Shown in pieces: positions 42,318-56,732 of a stretch of DNA of 64,000 bases (position 1 is its first letter; the number at the start of each line of letters is the position of its first letter). The stretch is from Amoebidium appalachense (Eukaryota; Protista; Ichthyosporea), in the NCBI GenBank assembly GCA_963693365.1, contig CAVNZM010000002.1, positions 10,906,328 through 10,970,327 of the forward strand, given 5' to 3'. Both the position numbers and the translations under genes were made by a program. Below the pieces are notes generated by a model. That model searched no databases, had not been told where the DNA came from, and worked only from the letters and a program-made list of their open reading frames with translations.

Positions 42318-44888
42318 TAAAAGCATTCTAGCCCGGTAAAGTTTCAGCACTTTGAACACATGCAGTACATACTCGTATGAAGAAATTAAATGCAGGCTGG
42401 TTGCAGGTTGTCGTAGCAGGACGTCGTGGGGTTTAATCACTTTAACAGACAGTCGTGTTAATATGGTGTTTTTCGTTTTTGGTATGATAATATAGCTGGA
42501 ATCTGGGAAGGCATAGACACAGTTCACGGGACAATAATCAGGTCTGTTATGTTAAAGTAATATCCCGGTGTAGTACTAATCGCGAAATGCAGATGTAGCA
42601 ATAGTAAAGAGTCTGTTGCCGACGAGCTAACGTGCCTGGAGTTGTTTACTATAATACCACTCCATGTAGATGTAAGAGGTGTTGAAGTAAGTGATGTGCA
42701 TATCTATCCAGGTAAACCTATTATGTAATGGCAAAAACCCTTTCGTCTAAACAAGTACAAGGGTATCGAGTATCATTTAGCCGATCCATACACGCTTCTG
42801 CATGGGCACCCGTGTCACTCCCATATACATGCACATGACCTAGGTTGCTGCATATACGCCAAACATGCACAAAAAGTACATATTCTGTGGGTATGTTCGG
42901 GAATTTTTGTATGGTTGTCAAAGATTTCAGTGACTTTATATGTAGCGATGTAAACCAAAGGACATAAGAAAGGGAGTTAACATGAAAAAGCGAATAAAGA
43001 CCTGCATATACTAAACATATATATGCGTCGTCATCAAAAAACTTTGCCAAGCGACAACCATTACCAGAGATAGAGTTGCCCGATGCCAATCAAAAGATCC
43101 TAATTTGTAAATACAATTGTGGCAACCGTTGTGGCACGATAATAATACATAGTCATCGTGCCTTTTTGATCTGATTTCATTATGATGTGCATTGCGTGAA
43201 AGCTGTGACGTGCACATAGTGCCGGCATTCTCAGAGAGTATATTGTTAGACATGCCCCTACACCCTGTGCATTGGAATCTGACCCACAGACATTCAAAAC
43301 AAAGCATAATGTGTCCCTTGGTGTGAAGATATGAAGCCCGTCCCTTCTCAATGCATGGGTCAAGAAAGAGAAGGCTGATCATAAGAACCATTAGTGTTAT
43401 AATCATATAAACGTCGACGTGTCGTACGCGTCACGGCTATTCTTGCACATAACTATTAAGGTTGCCCAGTTGGTTTTTACCTAATTTGGTGACCCGAGTT
43501 GAAATGTAAATAACCTTAAACCCGGCCCGGCTGTACATGGAACTGTAATTACACTCGCGTGTTCTACTGGAATATATAGCTGCCTATGGCGCGACACATG
43601 ATATTATGAGCCTCATAATTATTAGCGATAGGAATCTAGTTACATGCCGCGTGTGTAATAAACAGCACAACCCCCCACATGATCCTATTGATTCCTCCGC
43701 CGGTCTACAATGTACAAACCACACTATCCAAGTAGAATCATTTGAGCACTCAACAAGTGAAAACACTGGGGATATAATTTATCCAAATCAAGCACTCATA
43801 CATGTCAGCTTGAAAACCAAAACATTCATTGAAGCTCTCAACGAGTCTTACATACACACATACTTCTGTAAGGCTGGTGCAAACCCCCCCCCCCCCCCCT
43901 GCCCCCTGCCCCCAGGGCCCCCCTCTCCCCGGCCCTCCCTCCCCTCACCCAGGCAGATTCTCACGCACACACGCCCACACAAAAAGGTGCACACACACGT
44001 AGTCATTGCGCAACACACATCGAACGTGCAATCTAACCCACAACACACGCTCTCGAGCTCTCCCAGACTGACTTGTGGCAAACACACACACAGTTCTTTT
44101 TGGATTTTAAATGGAAAACCAATCATCATGTGCACTCCAAGACATCGGCTCGTTTTTGCAGGAGTTGGTAAAAAAAAAAACTGGTATCATCATTCTGCAA
44201 CAGTAATAAAGCCATCCCCCCCCCCCCCCCCCCTCCCCCCCTCCCCCTCCCCTCCCCTCCCCCCCGCCCTCCCCCCATTCCCCCCTCCCCCCTTATCTCA
44301 AGTTTTCCCCCAGCCCTGGGGAGGCTCTAGAAAAGTTTGTTCCCCAGAATATTTGATACAAGTGATGCCTCTGTCATAGTGAACCACACATTTACAGTAA
44401 GGCTTTACTAGTACAATCAAGGCCTCCTACATCAAATTGGTTGATAGAAGAGGCCCTGATTAGTCTCCGAGCTTAAGCCTCAGGTTGACCCTCTACTGGC
44501 GCTTTTGCAAAATAAGTTTGTTCAAAAAAGCAGACTGTGTCGTCCCCCCTCCCCCTTCCTCCCCCCCCTCCCCCCCTTTGACTTCCGCACCATTTTTGTA
44601 CGCCCGCATGCACACACGAATGCACACACGCAGGCCCGAACGCACGCACGTACGCATGCGTGCACACACACATACATACACACACACACACATGCAACAC
44701 ACGCAAACACCGTGACAAGGTGTGCACCCCATGCACATGTACATCCACACCGTGGCTGCACATATACGTGCGCGCACATACACTGCAGCGGCACACTCTC
44801 ACATATATGTGTACACCATGTGTACACATACACACACACAAATACACCCACACACCCACACATGTGCACACGTGCAGCATCCACATAC

Positions 44889-44977
<89 letters not shown>

Positions 44978-45132
44978 ACACACAGACACAAACACACACA
45001 CACACACACACACAAGCGTGCGCGCACGCGCGCGGACGCGCGTGCGTACACAAACATATGACATTGTACACACATACCAAATTTGCGACCACCGTCACCC
45101 CCCCCCCCCCCCCCCCCCCCCTTCCCCAGGCC

Positions 45133-45402
45133 CCAACCACCATCGGCAGAGTCAAGTACTTGCCGCGAAGCAGAATTATTCTGCAAAAAGCGTAATTCAT
45201 TGTGCAAAAAGCAGAAATATTCTGCCAAAGCGAAATTGTTCTGGAAAGAGCAGAATTATTCTGCCAAAAACAGAATTATTCGGCTTTGAGCAGAATCATT
45301 CTGCTAAAAGCTCCGCAAAAAAGCAGAATTATTCCGGCTTTCGACAGCAGACTTACTTCAAGCGGAATGACTCTGCTTTTAGCAGTATAATTCTGCTTTT
45401 GC

Positions 45403-45440
<38 letters not shown>

Positions 45441-45533
45441 GCTTTTGCTAAACAATTCTGCTTTTAGCAGAATAATTCTGCTTTTCGCGAATAATGCTGC
45501 TTTTTTGCAGGTTGACTCTGCCGATGTGGTTGG
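45133..45533. mobile_element. Foldback-like element: ~22-bp TIRs enclosing an array of ~20-bp palindromic units
   Basis: CCAACCA(C)CATCGGCAGAGTCAA at the left end and inverted at the right end; roughly 15 degenerate GCAGAATTATTCTGC units, A-run spacers on the left and T-run spacers on the right, poly-A at ~45404-45438. Confidence 0.65.
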
Positions 45534-47261
45534 CCCTCCCCCTCCCCCCCCCCCCCCCTCCCCCTCCCCCCCCCCCCCCCCCCCTGTACACCCCCCCCCC
45601 CCCTCCCCCCCCCCCCCCCCCTCCCCCCCCCCCCCCCCCCCCCCGGGCCCCGCACCGCGACATACACACGCACACACACAGAAAGATTGCGAGGGCTTCA
45701 GGGCGACCAAAATCTCATCCAATACATACCGTTGACATAGTGTATACACTTGCATATCATTATCCGGAGGCCCATGATATCCATATATCCGGAGGATTGT
45801 ACCACGTGCACATTACACATGTGTACACGCGACACTGTAAGCACACGCGCACATACATGCAACAAACGGACACAAATTGTACAAAATCTACACAACATAA
45901 TATTGGCCAATCCAATAAGTGTTTTCATAAAACAACAAAAAGTAGGAATAGGGCACGAGCACACACTACTAGAGTAAGTCCCCGTGCGGGAAGAAAAACT
46001 TCGATATTCATCGATCACCCCGACCTTTTTCTTTCTAAATAGGACGCCGAAAGGGGATTCATGGCCAACCCCCCCTCCCCCTCCCCCCTCCCCCCCCCCC
46101 CCCCCCTCCCCCCCCCCCCCCCCCTCCCCCCCCCCTCTCCCCCCATTCCCCCACCCATTCGCCCCCCCTCCCCCCGCCCCCCTTCCCCCCCCCCCCCCCC
46201 CCCCCACCCCCCCGTCCGTTCGATATGCCTGATAAGGACTGATTTCTGTGCCTCTGGTAATAAAACGGCGTGAACACTGAACGTGACATACGTATTATTT
46301 TATGATATGTGCACACTGTATTGCTGTGATCACCATCGCGATATCCAGATATGCACATGTCCACTGATCGAGTGACCGGCCACCGTGAGTGGAGACGCCC
46401 CGCATAGGGCCAGATGCACACGGAGCGCACTCACTGAAATAGAACGCAATATTTATGCATGTGCATGCCGTTTCCCATATATGCCTGTGATCACAAGAGG
46501 GATCCGCGGCCAGGCAGGCAGGCAGGTTGTCTGGGGTGGCTGCCAGGTTGCCAACCAGCTGGCAGTGCCATTGTCGCCCACGTCGCCCACACAGCTACTC
46601 ACCGGCAGCTGCCAGCTTGGCCAAGCTCTGCCGGCACTGACGGTCTGCGACGCCGTGCTGCAAAAAGCACACGGACTGCCAGACTGCACAAGATCTATTT
46701 TTGGAGCCATTTCTTATTTGATGGCGCAGCATAGACTTGCGTACACTTGAAGCTGGCGAGCTATGCCATTGGTCGAATAAATAAACGTGGCTAATAGTAA
46801 AGGCATTTTACGACAATATTATATGTATAAGTCAATTCTGTTTAAATAACATTTCTTTATGTGCACAATAATAATGAAATCCTAAAGTCTTGGTATTTTT
46901 ATATTCTTTCTACGTCCCAAAGCTGCCCAAGCCTGTGGCACATTCTCTTTTGCCTGTAGACTGATTCCATGACAACGGATTTTTAATTGGTGTTTTATCA
47001 GGCAGAAGGTGCTTCCGCATACCTTAGATGCGATGACGCTGCTTGTTTGTGGAACGGCTCATTGTTTGGGCGCGAAAACTCTTGCGGGGGACGGCTCAGT
47101 TTGTGACCTTGCGTTTCTTCGATTTTCAATTGTCGTCCCGGACGGATTTCCTGTCTCGGGCGAAGACGAAGGGGAAAGGCCGAATTCTAGAGGCTTTTTG
47201 TTTGGTTTTAGTATTTGCATTAGCGACTAGGGCACCCCTTCGGCCAGGATAGGCGCAGATT

Positions 47262-48367
47262 ATGAGTACCCGGCGTATCTCGAAGGACGATGGCGCGAGC
47301 AAGGGAAAGTTTAGCAGCCTGAACTTGGCAAGTGTCTTGAAGGGCACCACTGCCAAGCCAGCTGCCCCCACCGGTATGTTTGTTTGCAGAGGACAGGAAA
47401 TACGGATATGCAGCTAGAGAGATGGATGCTGGAAGGATGCGGACGGATGGAGAACGGATTTAGCTCTGAGCTGGGATGGGAAGATGGATACATGAATCTG
47501 ATATCGTTAAATGGGACATGGATCTGGATTTCAGGGCTAAGAAACGTCAATTCATCAAAGAACGTCTGGCGCTCTCTTTATGCTCTACGGGCAATTTTTT
47601 TAATAAGCAAACATTTTCGGTGCTAATTCATGTTCTTGCCTATGGAGGATGTGGTCCAGATCTCCAAACGTTGGTTTGGGTCAATAACGTAACAAATTAT
47701 TTGTATAGGTTCAACTGGTTACTTTTCACCTGTGGAAGTGTTCTAAGCGTAAAAACGGCAACGATCACTACTTGCGCGATTCTTAAAGGTTACCTTCTGG
47801 CTTACCTGAGGACAGGTTCTTAGCATCTGTGGTGGATATGAAGTTTGTGCTTCATCGCTGACGTCAGATTCTCCCACAGCCATCCGACCCGGTCTACAGG
47901 TTATTGGGCGGGTGAAAGGCAACAAGCTTGCCGCAGCGCCCCCCGTTGCACCCAGACCTATCAATCTTCCTAGTCTTAAAAAGGAAAAATGCAGGTCTGG
48001 ATCCAACAACCAAGATTGTGCCTGGTGGCGGTGGGGGCTGGGGGGTGCAGCCCCACACCCCCCAGCCACTGGTGCAGTCAGAGCAGAGCAGCCCTCTGCC
48101 ACACTCACCGGCGCAGGAAAAGCAGGAGGAGGTGCAGCGGGCTGTTGGAACCCAGAGCCCAGCACTAGGTGGGCCCCAGTTTAGGCCCGGGGGGCTGGGC
48201 ACAACCCCCCAGGCCTCGCAGAGCCCAGTCCCCGCCTCCCCTGCCCAGCCCCACTCGTCCGTGTCACCACCTCCGGCACCCAGGATCTGGACACCCAAGC
48301 AGTACGTTGCCCACATGTGCACACACACACTCTCTCTCTTTTTCACTCACTCACTAGCTCGCTCACT

Positions 48368-48429
<62 letters not shown>

Positions 48430-51400
48430 CACATGCACACACACACATGCACATGCACACACACAAAACATGCACGGACAATAACGCACACCCGTTTTCA
48501 GCTTGTACGGAACTCTGGTTGTGTGGTTGTGGAAGTTAGACCCATGGCGGGCTGGGTGCACAAATGTCTGCTCGATTTGCGAGATCTGGTGTTTTGGATA
48601 AGGTGTGCTTCTGATGTTTGGCTAGAGGTGTTGAAATGGAAAGTGTAGAAGAGAGGAGTGTCGTTTTATAAGCACAGGCATCAGACTTAATGGTGAAGTT
48701 GGGTGTTTTGGCACAGAAAGTGGCTGGCAATTTGTGAACTCAAAATGCCGTCGGAATAATGTTGTGGGAGTTCCTCAGTTTTCTTGTTCAAGCTGTGCAT
48801 GTACACCATCATGTGTATTTAGTGTGCCCTGGGTGGTCTTATTTCCTTGCGGGTGCCCTTGCGTGTAAGCGCTGGTCCCATATGTAGTTGTTGTAAGGAA
48901 CTAGGAGGTGCTTGTTGGACACAGTCAGTTTATATGGGAAAGCTGGGGCATAAGGCATTACCAGGCCATTTAGTGGAGAGTTATCGTTGCAGGTTGGTGT
49001 TAAAGGTTGAATGTGCGGTGTTAAATATAGAAGGCAGCTGCTATCTTGATATGTGACTGGCTAACTGATTTTCAAACATGGTTGTGTTCAGTGAGGAGGA
49101 GTCGACGGCTATGCTATGCGTATGTGGTGTTTGCTTTCTTTTATTCTTGTGGTCTTCCTCAGTTGCATGCGGCTGACAGCCTTATCACACTTGCACAGGG
49201 GCCGGCCTACTCCTTCCCCTTCGCAAGAGCTTGCGACGCCCAAGGCCACTGTGGCCAACCCGGAGGAGTTTCCGGCGTTGGGCGAGCAGACACCTTCGAC
49301 ACTCTCCCAGTCCTCTAGCGCACTACCTGTGCGAGAGAGGGAAAGGGAGAGGGAACGAGAGAGGGAGAGGGAGCCTCCGATGCCTGAGGAGCGGCTCAGA
49401 GATGTACCTCTGGACTCCCGCCCGTCTGACTCACAGGGCCACCCCGGGTCTCGAGAGTTCCGGGAAATGGATCGGCCTGATATGGGCTCAAATATTCCTC
49501 CACGGTTCCGTGACCGAGGTGTGTATTAGCTTGTACCTCCTTTTTGGCAGTGGGGCTTGTTGCTGGGAGATGGCGAGTTTTGGAGACGGCGGTGCTGGCA
49601 GTGGCAGGGCAGGTGTAGAGAGGAGGGGATGGGGGATTTTTCCGCTTATTGGTTTTTCGACAGGACAACTGTTCCCATGATCATGGACATCTCCGTGAAC
49701 GTGGGACGAAAGTGTCGAAACGGACTTTTAAAGCTCTTTTTTTTTTTTTGTGCGAAAGGGTAATGTGTTGGCGTCCCTGTTTACGTCCTCTGCAGGGAGT
49801 GTCTGTGCATTACACCGATATGGGTTGCACTTGTGCACAAGCATCACTAGTCCTTGTTGCATGGACATGCACAACCAAGCCTTTTTGTTTTGCTTGTGCA
49901 CAGGCAAAAGTTTCTGACATATATTTCTGCAGGATTCCAAGGGCCCCCCGGTGACTTCCATGGTCCAGGTCCTGAGCGTGGTGGTTTTGACTACCGCCAT
50001 CAAAGGTGGGTGCATCTACTAATGTTTTATGACATTATGGTCCCACGTGTGAGATCTTGTGATTCTATTTGCACACGTGTTATCCATACCGCCCTTTCCC
50101 TGGCTCCGTTTCCAGCCACCGGAACCTTTATGAAGGGGGACAGGATGTTTTGAGTTTTATGACCAATGTTCATATTGTTATCCACTTTTGCATGTCACCC
50201 TGTGTATTGCACCGTGCTGTTTTTTGGGTCGACCCCCCTTCCCCCCCCTCCTTCCTTCCCCCCCTCCCCCCCCCCCCCCCCCTCCCCTTTGGGTCCACAA
50301 ACGGGTAAACGAACCCCTTGATTATCTTTGCGCATGTACTGTTGCGGGTAGTGTGTACGCATATGTGAACGCATGGGTGACTGTGTTAGAATAATGTATC
50401 TGCCTCTGTTAGACTGCTCATAGAAGACGGGGGGGGAGAAAGAGAGAGAATGCAGAATGCATCGAAAGTACCCTGGTGAATGCAAACATACTTCTATTTA
50501 CCCCCCCCCCCCCCCCCCTTTTTCCCCTCGGGCTGGTCGTCCGCATTTTATCACCGTCCTTCTGTCTGTGCACTTGCTGTCGTTTGCATTTGACGTCACT
50601 GTGTAGGTGTCTGTACGTGCAGGCGTGTGTGCGCATTTTAGTGGTATGTATGTACATGCTGGTGCATTTTCCCAGCCGTGAACGTGTCGTTGCACTCACA
50701 CATAGGCCTCGAGTCTGCAAATGGTGGTGGTGTGTGTGTGCATTTGTGTGTGTGTGGGGGGGTGGGGGTCGGGGTCGGGGGGCGCAGGGAGGGGGGGGGG
50801 GGGGGGGGGGGGAGGCAACCACAATATTTTTTGCCTGCAACGTGCACCATCTGCATTTATAGATGCCTGCACGATGAGTTAATTCTCTGCATTTGTGACG
50901 AGTGCAGAAAGTAGGAATTTTCTTTCACCACCCTCCTGGTTGTGCGCGCTTGCAAACACGATCCATCACATAACTTCCTTGCATTAATTTATGCACTGCC
51001 ATCTTTCTCTCAGTAAAGACAGGCCCATCGTTACATACATTTGGCTGGCTCGTTTTCTGATATTTTCTGTTCCTGCAGACCTGGTCCATACGGTGCCCCC
51101 TACGGCTCCTACGGTGGTCCCAGGGGTGGCCCTGGCAATTTCCGGGGCCCACCCCCACGATTTGGCGGCCCAGATGGCCCGGGGTACGGTCCCGGACCCG
51201 ACCAGGGGTTTGGGGGCGGGTTTGGGGGGTACCAGCCCCGGCCGTTTTACCAGGCTGACCGCTATGCCCCCCACTGGAGCAACAACCAGGGGCCCAGGGG
51301 TGGTGATAGGTTTGAGCGCCCATTTTTCCGCCCACCTGCACCCCAGCAGCAGCAGCAACCACCACTCAGGGATCGGCCGATTGATCGGGACGCCGAGCCG

Positions 51401-52681
51401 CCACGGACCAAACCCACGCCGACGATTCCGGTGCTTCGCACGGCAATTATCGAGCACATAAACAAGGCGGCAACGGCCAAGGACACGGAGGGGGACGACA
51501 CGTGGGCTTTGGACGAGGAGATGGACTTCAACCAGCAGGTGGTGTTTGATGACGACGTGGACGGCAGGAAGCAGAGCAGCCCGGAGGAGAGGGGGGACAG
51601 GAGGCTTCAGGAGAGGGAGAGGCCAAGCGAACGAGAGGAGGAGAGGCCCAGTTTGGCCTCCCCGGCCATCCCCAGGCCCCCCCAGTCGTCCTCTCTGTCC
51701 AAAATGCAGGTGTTGGGCCACGGGGGGGTACCCATCCCCATCCCCTCGCAGTCCCCCACACCGCAAAAGTCTGTTGCGCGGGGCGAGGAGAAAGGGAGGA
51801 AGGAGATGGCCTGGGGTACGCCCAAGAGCGATGCTCGACCAATCACAATCCTCCGCCACCCTGGGGCCGACCAGCCCACGTCACCTTTTTCTGGCGTGGA
51901 TGGTGGTAAGGAGGGAGAGGTGAAGGCGGATGCATCCCCGGCACCGGAAACGGAAAAGGAGAAGGAGCCGGAGGAGAAGAAGGAGGAAAAGGAGAGTGGC
52001 CCCCCCGTGTCGGCCTGGAGTCGACCTGACCGAATTGCCCTGCTCACAGGTGGGTGGTCAGTACAGGGTAGTGTCTTGGCTTTTCTGACTGTATATGCCG
52101 CTTCAAAGCACCACCGCCGCCACGTGCATACGTGCACACACACCCACTTGTGCATTCAGTGCCCCCCCCCCCCCAACCTTTAATCTGGGTGTTGAGATGG
52201 TGTTTCACTATTCCATCTGCCGTAAACACGTCCACCCTTAGATAGTGGTCGGCTCCCTCGGCTCCCTTTGAGCACCAATCGATGCGATTGTCGTACTAAT
52301 GTGCACAAGACAGTCACCTCATGTTATATATAAAGACAAAGGCTTCTCTGAAATGGATCTTGGACTTTGAACCTTCTGGTCATGGCATTGCTGGTGCTAT
52401 CACGTTCACATTCACGCCACACACATGCACGTGCACTCGACCTTTGGCCACACTCTGATGCAGGACACCTGCTAGCAAACATGTGTCCATACACATGTGC
52501 ATTGATCGGCTGCTGTGTGCTCTCCCGCACACTGACGGTGTACACCCTGAGCTCAAGGAAAGAGGGAAGGCATCTTTCTGCATGTTTTTTCCCCCTTGAG
52601 TCCATGCTTACTTGGGTGTGTGTGTGTGTGTGTGTGCGTGCGTTCATGCGTGTTGTGCGTATATGTGCTTTTATTCTTTTT

Positions 52682-52715
<34 letters not shown>

Positions 52716-53675
52716 AGGGCTTTTCTTTCATCTATCCTTTTTTCGAGCTGGGGGAGGGGGGAGATCGGGGTTTCTTTCTGTGTGTGGTGTGTGTGGGGGG
52801 GGGGGGGGGGGGAGGGGGGAGGGGAGGGGGGGTGTATGAGGTGTGGGGGGAGAAGGCTGGAATGATTGATGATCTGCACAAAACATAAATCAAGTGCTAC
52901 GTTTGTGTGTTTTCCCTGGCTATGCTTGTGGAACGTTTCCTCATCACACACTGACATCCGCTCTCTCACCAGGACGCAAGCCCCAACCGCCAACCACCAC
53001 ACCAGCCCCGCCAGCGAGCGAGCAGCCGAGCCAACCCCAGGCCCAGCCACAGGCAGAGGCCCCTCAGGCCCCCCAACCCGAACCCAAACAGGACGAAGCG
53101 TCCGAAACACGTCCCGATATTGACAGGCAGCGGCGACTAAGCGAGAGCGAGAGGAGGGGGTCTGAGGATGAGCGGAGGGGGAGTGTGGATGCAGAGAGGC
53201 AGGGTGGGCGGGTAGTGATTCAGAAGGAGTTGATGCACGAGAGCATAGAGAGGGCACGGGTTAGGAGGCAGCAGGAGGAGGAGAGGCTGGAGCAGGAGAG
53301 GAAGGCCCGTGCTGCTGCAAAGCTGGCTGTATGTGCCCGCTCCCCCTAAACACATACTTGGCACGGACACACACAGGCAGGAACAGACATACACACACAT
53401 GCACATGCACATGCACAAACGTACAGAACACCCCCCGTAGCACGTGTGTGTCACGGGGCACATCCACACATGGGCAAGTGTGCAGAGTTTTTCAACCCCA
53501 CCCTGCACGGTACATGCACAGGGTGCACGCGCACATGAGCTATGTGTAGGTGTGCCTTCGAACTGCTCGACATATGGAGCGGGGGTGAGGTGTGCCGCTG
53601 CCTTCCGGCCGGCTTTATTTGGGGCCTCAGGAAGTTGGCGAGTTTGTGTGGTGTGTCTGTGTTTACATCTGTGCC

Positions 53676-53707
<32 letters not shown>

Positions 53708-56193
53708 GGCAGAAGCATGTGGATGCTTCCGTGTGTTGCTCCTTCAATCACCGTACCGGAGTGTGGGTACGATACACTTTCACATCTGGCACGAAGATTA
53801 TCGAGGTCATGCCTTGCACAAGCACTGAGGATGTAGGCTTGGCTGGTGGGCTGAACATGGTGGTATGGAGGTGCAGGTGGGGTGTGGGTGTGCTTCTGCT
53901 TCTAGGTTTGTGTTTTGGGTTGTTGCTGTAGGGGGTGATGGTGGGATAGCTTATGTTCTGGGTGGTGACAAGTGCAAACCTGTATATGCTACTATTACGT
54001 CATTCATCTAACTGTGTGGGGACCAGGCGCTGGAGAAGAAGAAGCAGGAGGATGCCGAGCGCCGGGAGGAGGAGGAGAGGGCGCTGGCCGAGGAGCGGGC
54101 CGTGCAGGAGGCCCAGGAGAGGGAGGAGGCGGACAGGCAGGCAGAGGAGGACAGGGTGCGCAGGGAGCAGGAGGACAGGGAGAGCCAGGAGGCCGAGCGC
54201 AGGCACAGGGAGGCTGAGGATGCCCGCAGGAGGGCAGACGATGACCGCCGGCGCCGTGCGGAGGAGGAGGCACGCAGGCAGCAGCCCCGGCCAGCCCCCC
54301 AGCAGCAGCAGCAGGCCCTGCCCCCCCAGTTCAAGATCATGTCCCGGGGCCAGGCTAAGCCCCCCGGCCCAGAGACCACTCCCCAGGCCGCAGTAGCAGC
54401 ACCAGCCACCCCGGCACCAGGCCCCACCACCCCAGCAGGGCAGCAGCAGCCACCCAGAGAATCAGCCCCGGCACCCCAGGTGGCCAAGCCCCAGCCATCC
54501 CGGCCGGCCACGGTTGCAGAGAAGGTGCCAGCACCCGTGCCGGTGGAGAACCCCTGGCTCAAGCGCATGGCTGCCCAGGAGAAGAAGGAGCATGAGCCCC
54601 AGTCGGCCCAGCCCCAGCCCTCGGTCCCGGGAAGGGACCAGCGGGGGCCAGCTGAGAGGGAGAGCGAGGGGCCAAGGCCCAGCCAGGCGCAGGCACGGCC
54701 CCAGCAGCAGCAGCAGGCCCCCCGGGCTCAGCGGGAGTCCAAGCCACTGCTGGAGCGGCCACCCTCTGAGACCCAGGTCAAGGCCCCCGGTGCATCGGCT
54801 GGGGACAGTGAGTACGACCGGGAGCGCAAGCGGAGGCGCAGCAGTGGGCCCAAGGAGGCCCAGCTGCCCCCCCGGGAGGTGCGGAGGCGCAACAAGGAGG
54901 CCGAGCAGCTGGAGGAGTTCTACCTGCCCCTCATGACCGGCCCCCTCGTGCGCCTGGCTGACCCCGAAGATGCGCCCCACACCCTGCCCAAACTCATCCC
55001 CGTGTGCCTGCCTGGCGGCCGGGTGGTCACCATCGACCTTGCTAGGGTGGCCCAACCCCCCATGGCCCCGTCTGTGGACACCAGCAAGGAGGTGCATTCT
55101 GCCTCAGTGGAGCCCACTCCGGCTGCTACCGAGCCTGCACCAGCCCCAGAACCGGCCAAGGCGGCTGCTGGGGAGCATGCAGGGCCTAGCAAGGCAGCAG
55201 GCAGCAAGGGCAAGCTGCGCATCGAGTTTGAGCCGCTGGTGGGCAGCGGGGTAGTGGTGGTCAGTGGGGACATGGCCGCCACGGACACGGACGATGCCGA
55301 GGCCTTTGTGGAGGTGGTCTCCAAGACCAGGGCCAAGCGCGAGCAGAAGGCTGCGGACCGGCGCAAGCGGGAGGAGGAGGAGAGGGCCCGCAAGGACAAG
55401 GAGAAGGAGGCAGCACTGCAGGCAGCTGCAGTGGCAGCTGCAGCCCAGGCATCGGCGGCAACGGCGGCGGCAGCAGTCAAGAAGCCGCAGGCACGGCTCA
55501 AGGTGCCCAGCATGAACAACGCCCACGTGCTCGAGTCTGCACCCCAGGACGTGCCTGTCGAGCCTACACCCTCGGCAGCTGAGCCTGGCCAGGGTGGCGG
55601 CGAGACCGACGGGCCACGGCAGGTCAACATGTGGGTGCTTGGTCCCCCCCAGATTGTCGACACCACAGGCCCCCTGCACACATCGGGCAGCGGCACGGAC
55701 AGCGCGGGCGTGGGATCCCCACCGGGCATTCAGCGATCGGCCACGCCCACGTTCCGGGACGAGTCAACGGGGCTGGACCGTGTGATGCTGACGCTCAAGC
55801 AGCTGGAGGAGACGGTCAGCGAGCTGAGGGCCCAGCAGACACTGCCTGCAGAGATGGACGACAACCACGCACGCATGGCGGCTGCACGTGCGGCCTGGGA
55901 GAATGCCACGGTGGTCGAGAGCCCCATGTCGGCCCCGGGCAGTGGGGGGGATGGGCAGTCCAATGAGGACAAGCTTGCAGACGAGCATGCGGCAAATGAG
56001 CTGGTCAATGCTACAGCCGCAATCCTGGCACAGCCACCACACGAGGCGGAGGAGGCTGACGACCACATGCAGGTGTGTGTGTGTGCAGGTGTCTCTGGGG
56101 ATGCGTGCGCGATATGTTTTGGTTCTTTTTCCTTTTTTGGAGGTTGTGTGTGTGTGGGGGGGGGGAGGACGAGGGGGAAGGGGGATGGATAAC

Positions 56194-56225
<32 letters not shown>

Positions 56226-56334
56226 TTGATGGAAAAATATGGACGGTTGTGTTTTCTTCTTTTCATCCCTTTGCACCATGGCTGTTGCTGTGTGTGATTG
56301 TGTCCATGTTGTTTTGACTCCTTTTGAGGGCCGG

Positions 56335-56374
<40 letters not shown>

Positions 56375-56678
56375 GGGGGGTCATTGATGATAACTTTCCG
56401 CCACTTTATGAAGTGGATGCTGCTGTTTATGTGCCCTCGTAGGTGGGTTCTAGAGGTTCCCTCGTGGGAAGGGGGGGAGACGGGGGGGGAGGGAGGGAGG
56501 AGGAGGAGGGGGGGGGGGGGAGGGGGGGATTGCACGCGGATGCACGTGTAAAGGGTTCCATGGACTGGTCCTGTAACCTCCTACCCCTGGCCCCTTTTTT
56601 TTTCTCGTGAGAGCTGCACACTATGCCCTTCGGTGCTGTTTGTCGTCCAAAGACTGTCTTTCTGAGTCAGGTAAGCCC

Positions 56679-56732
<54 letters not shown>

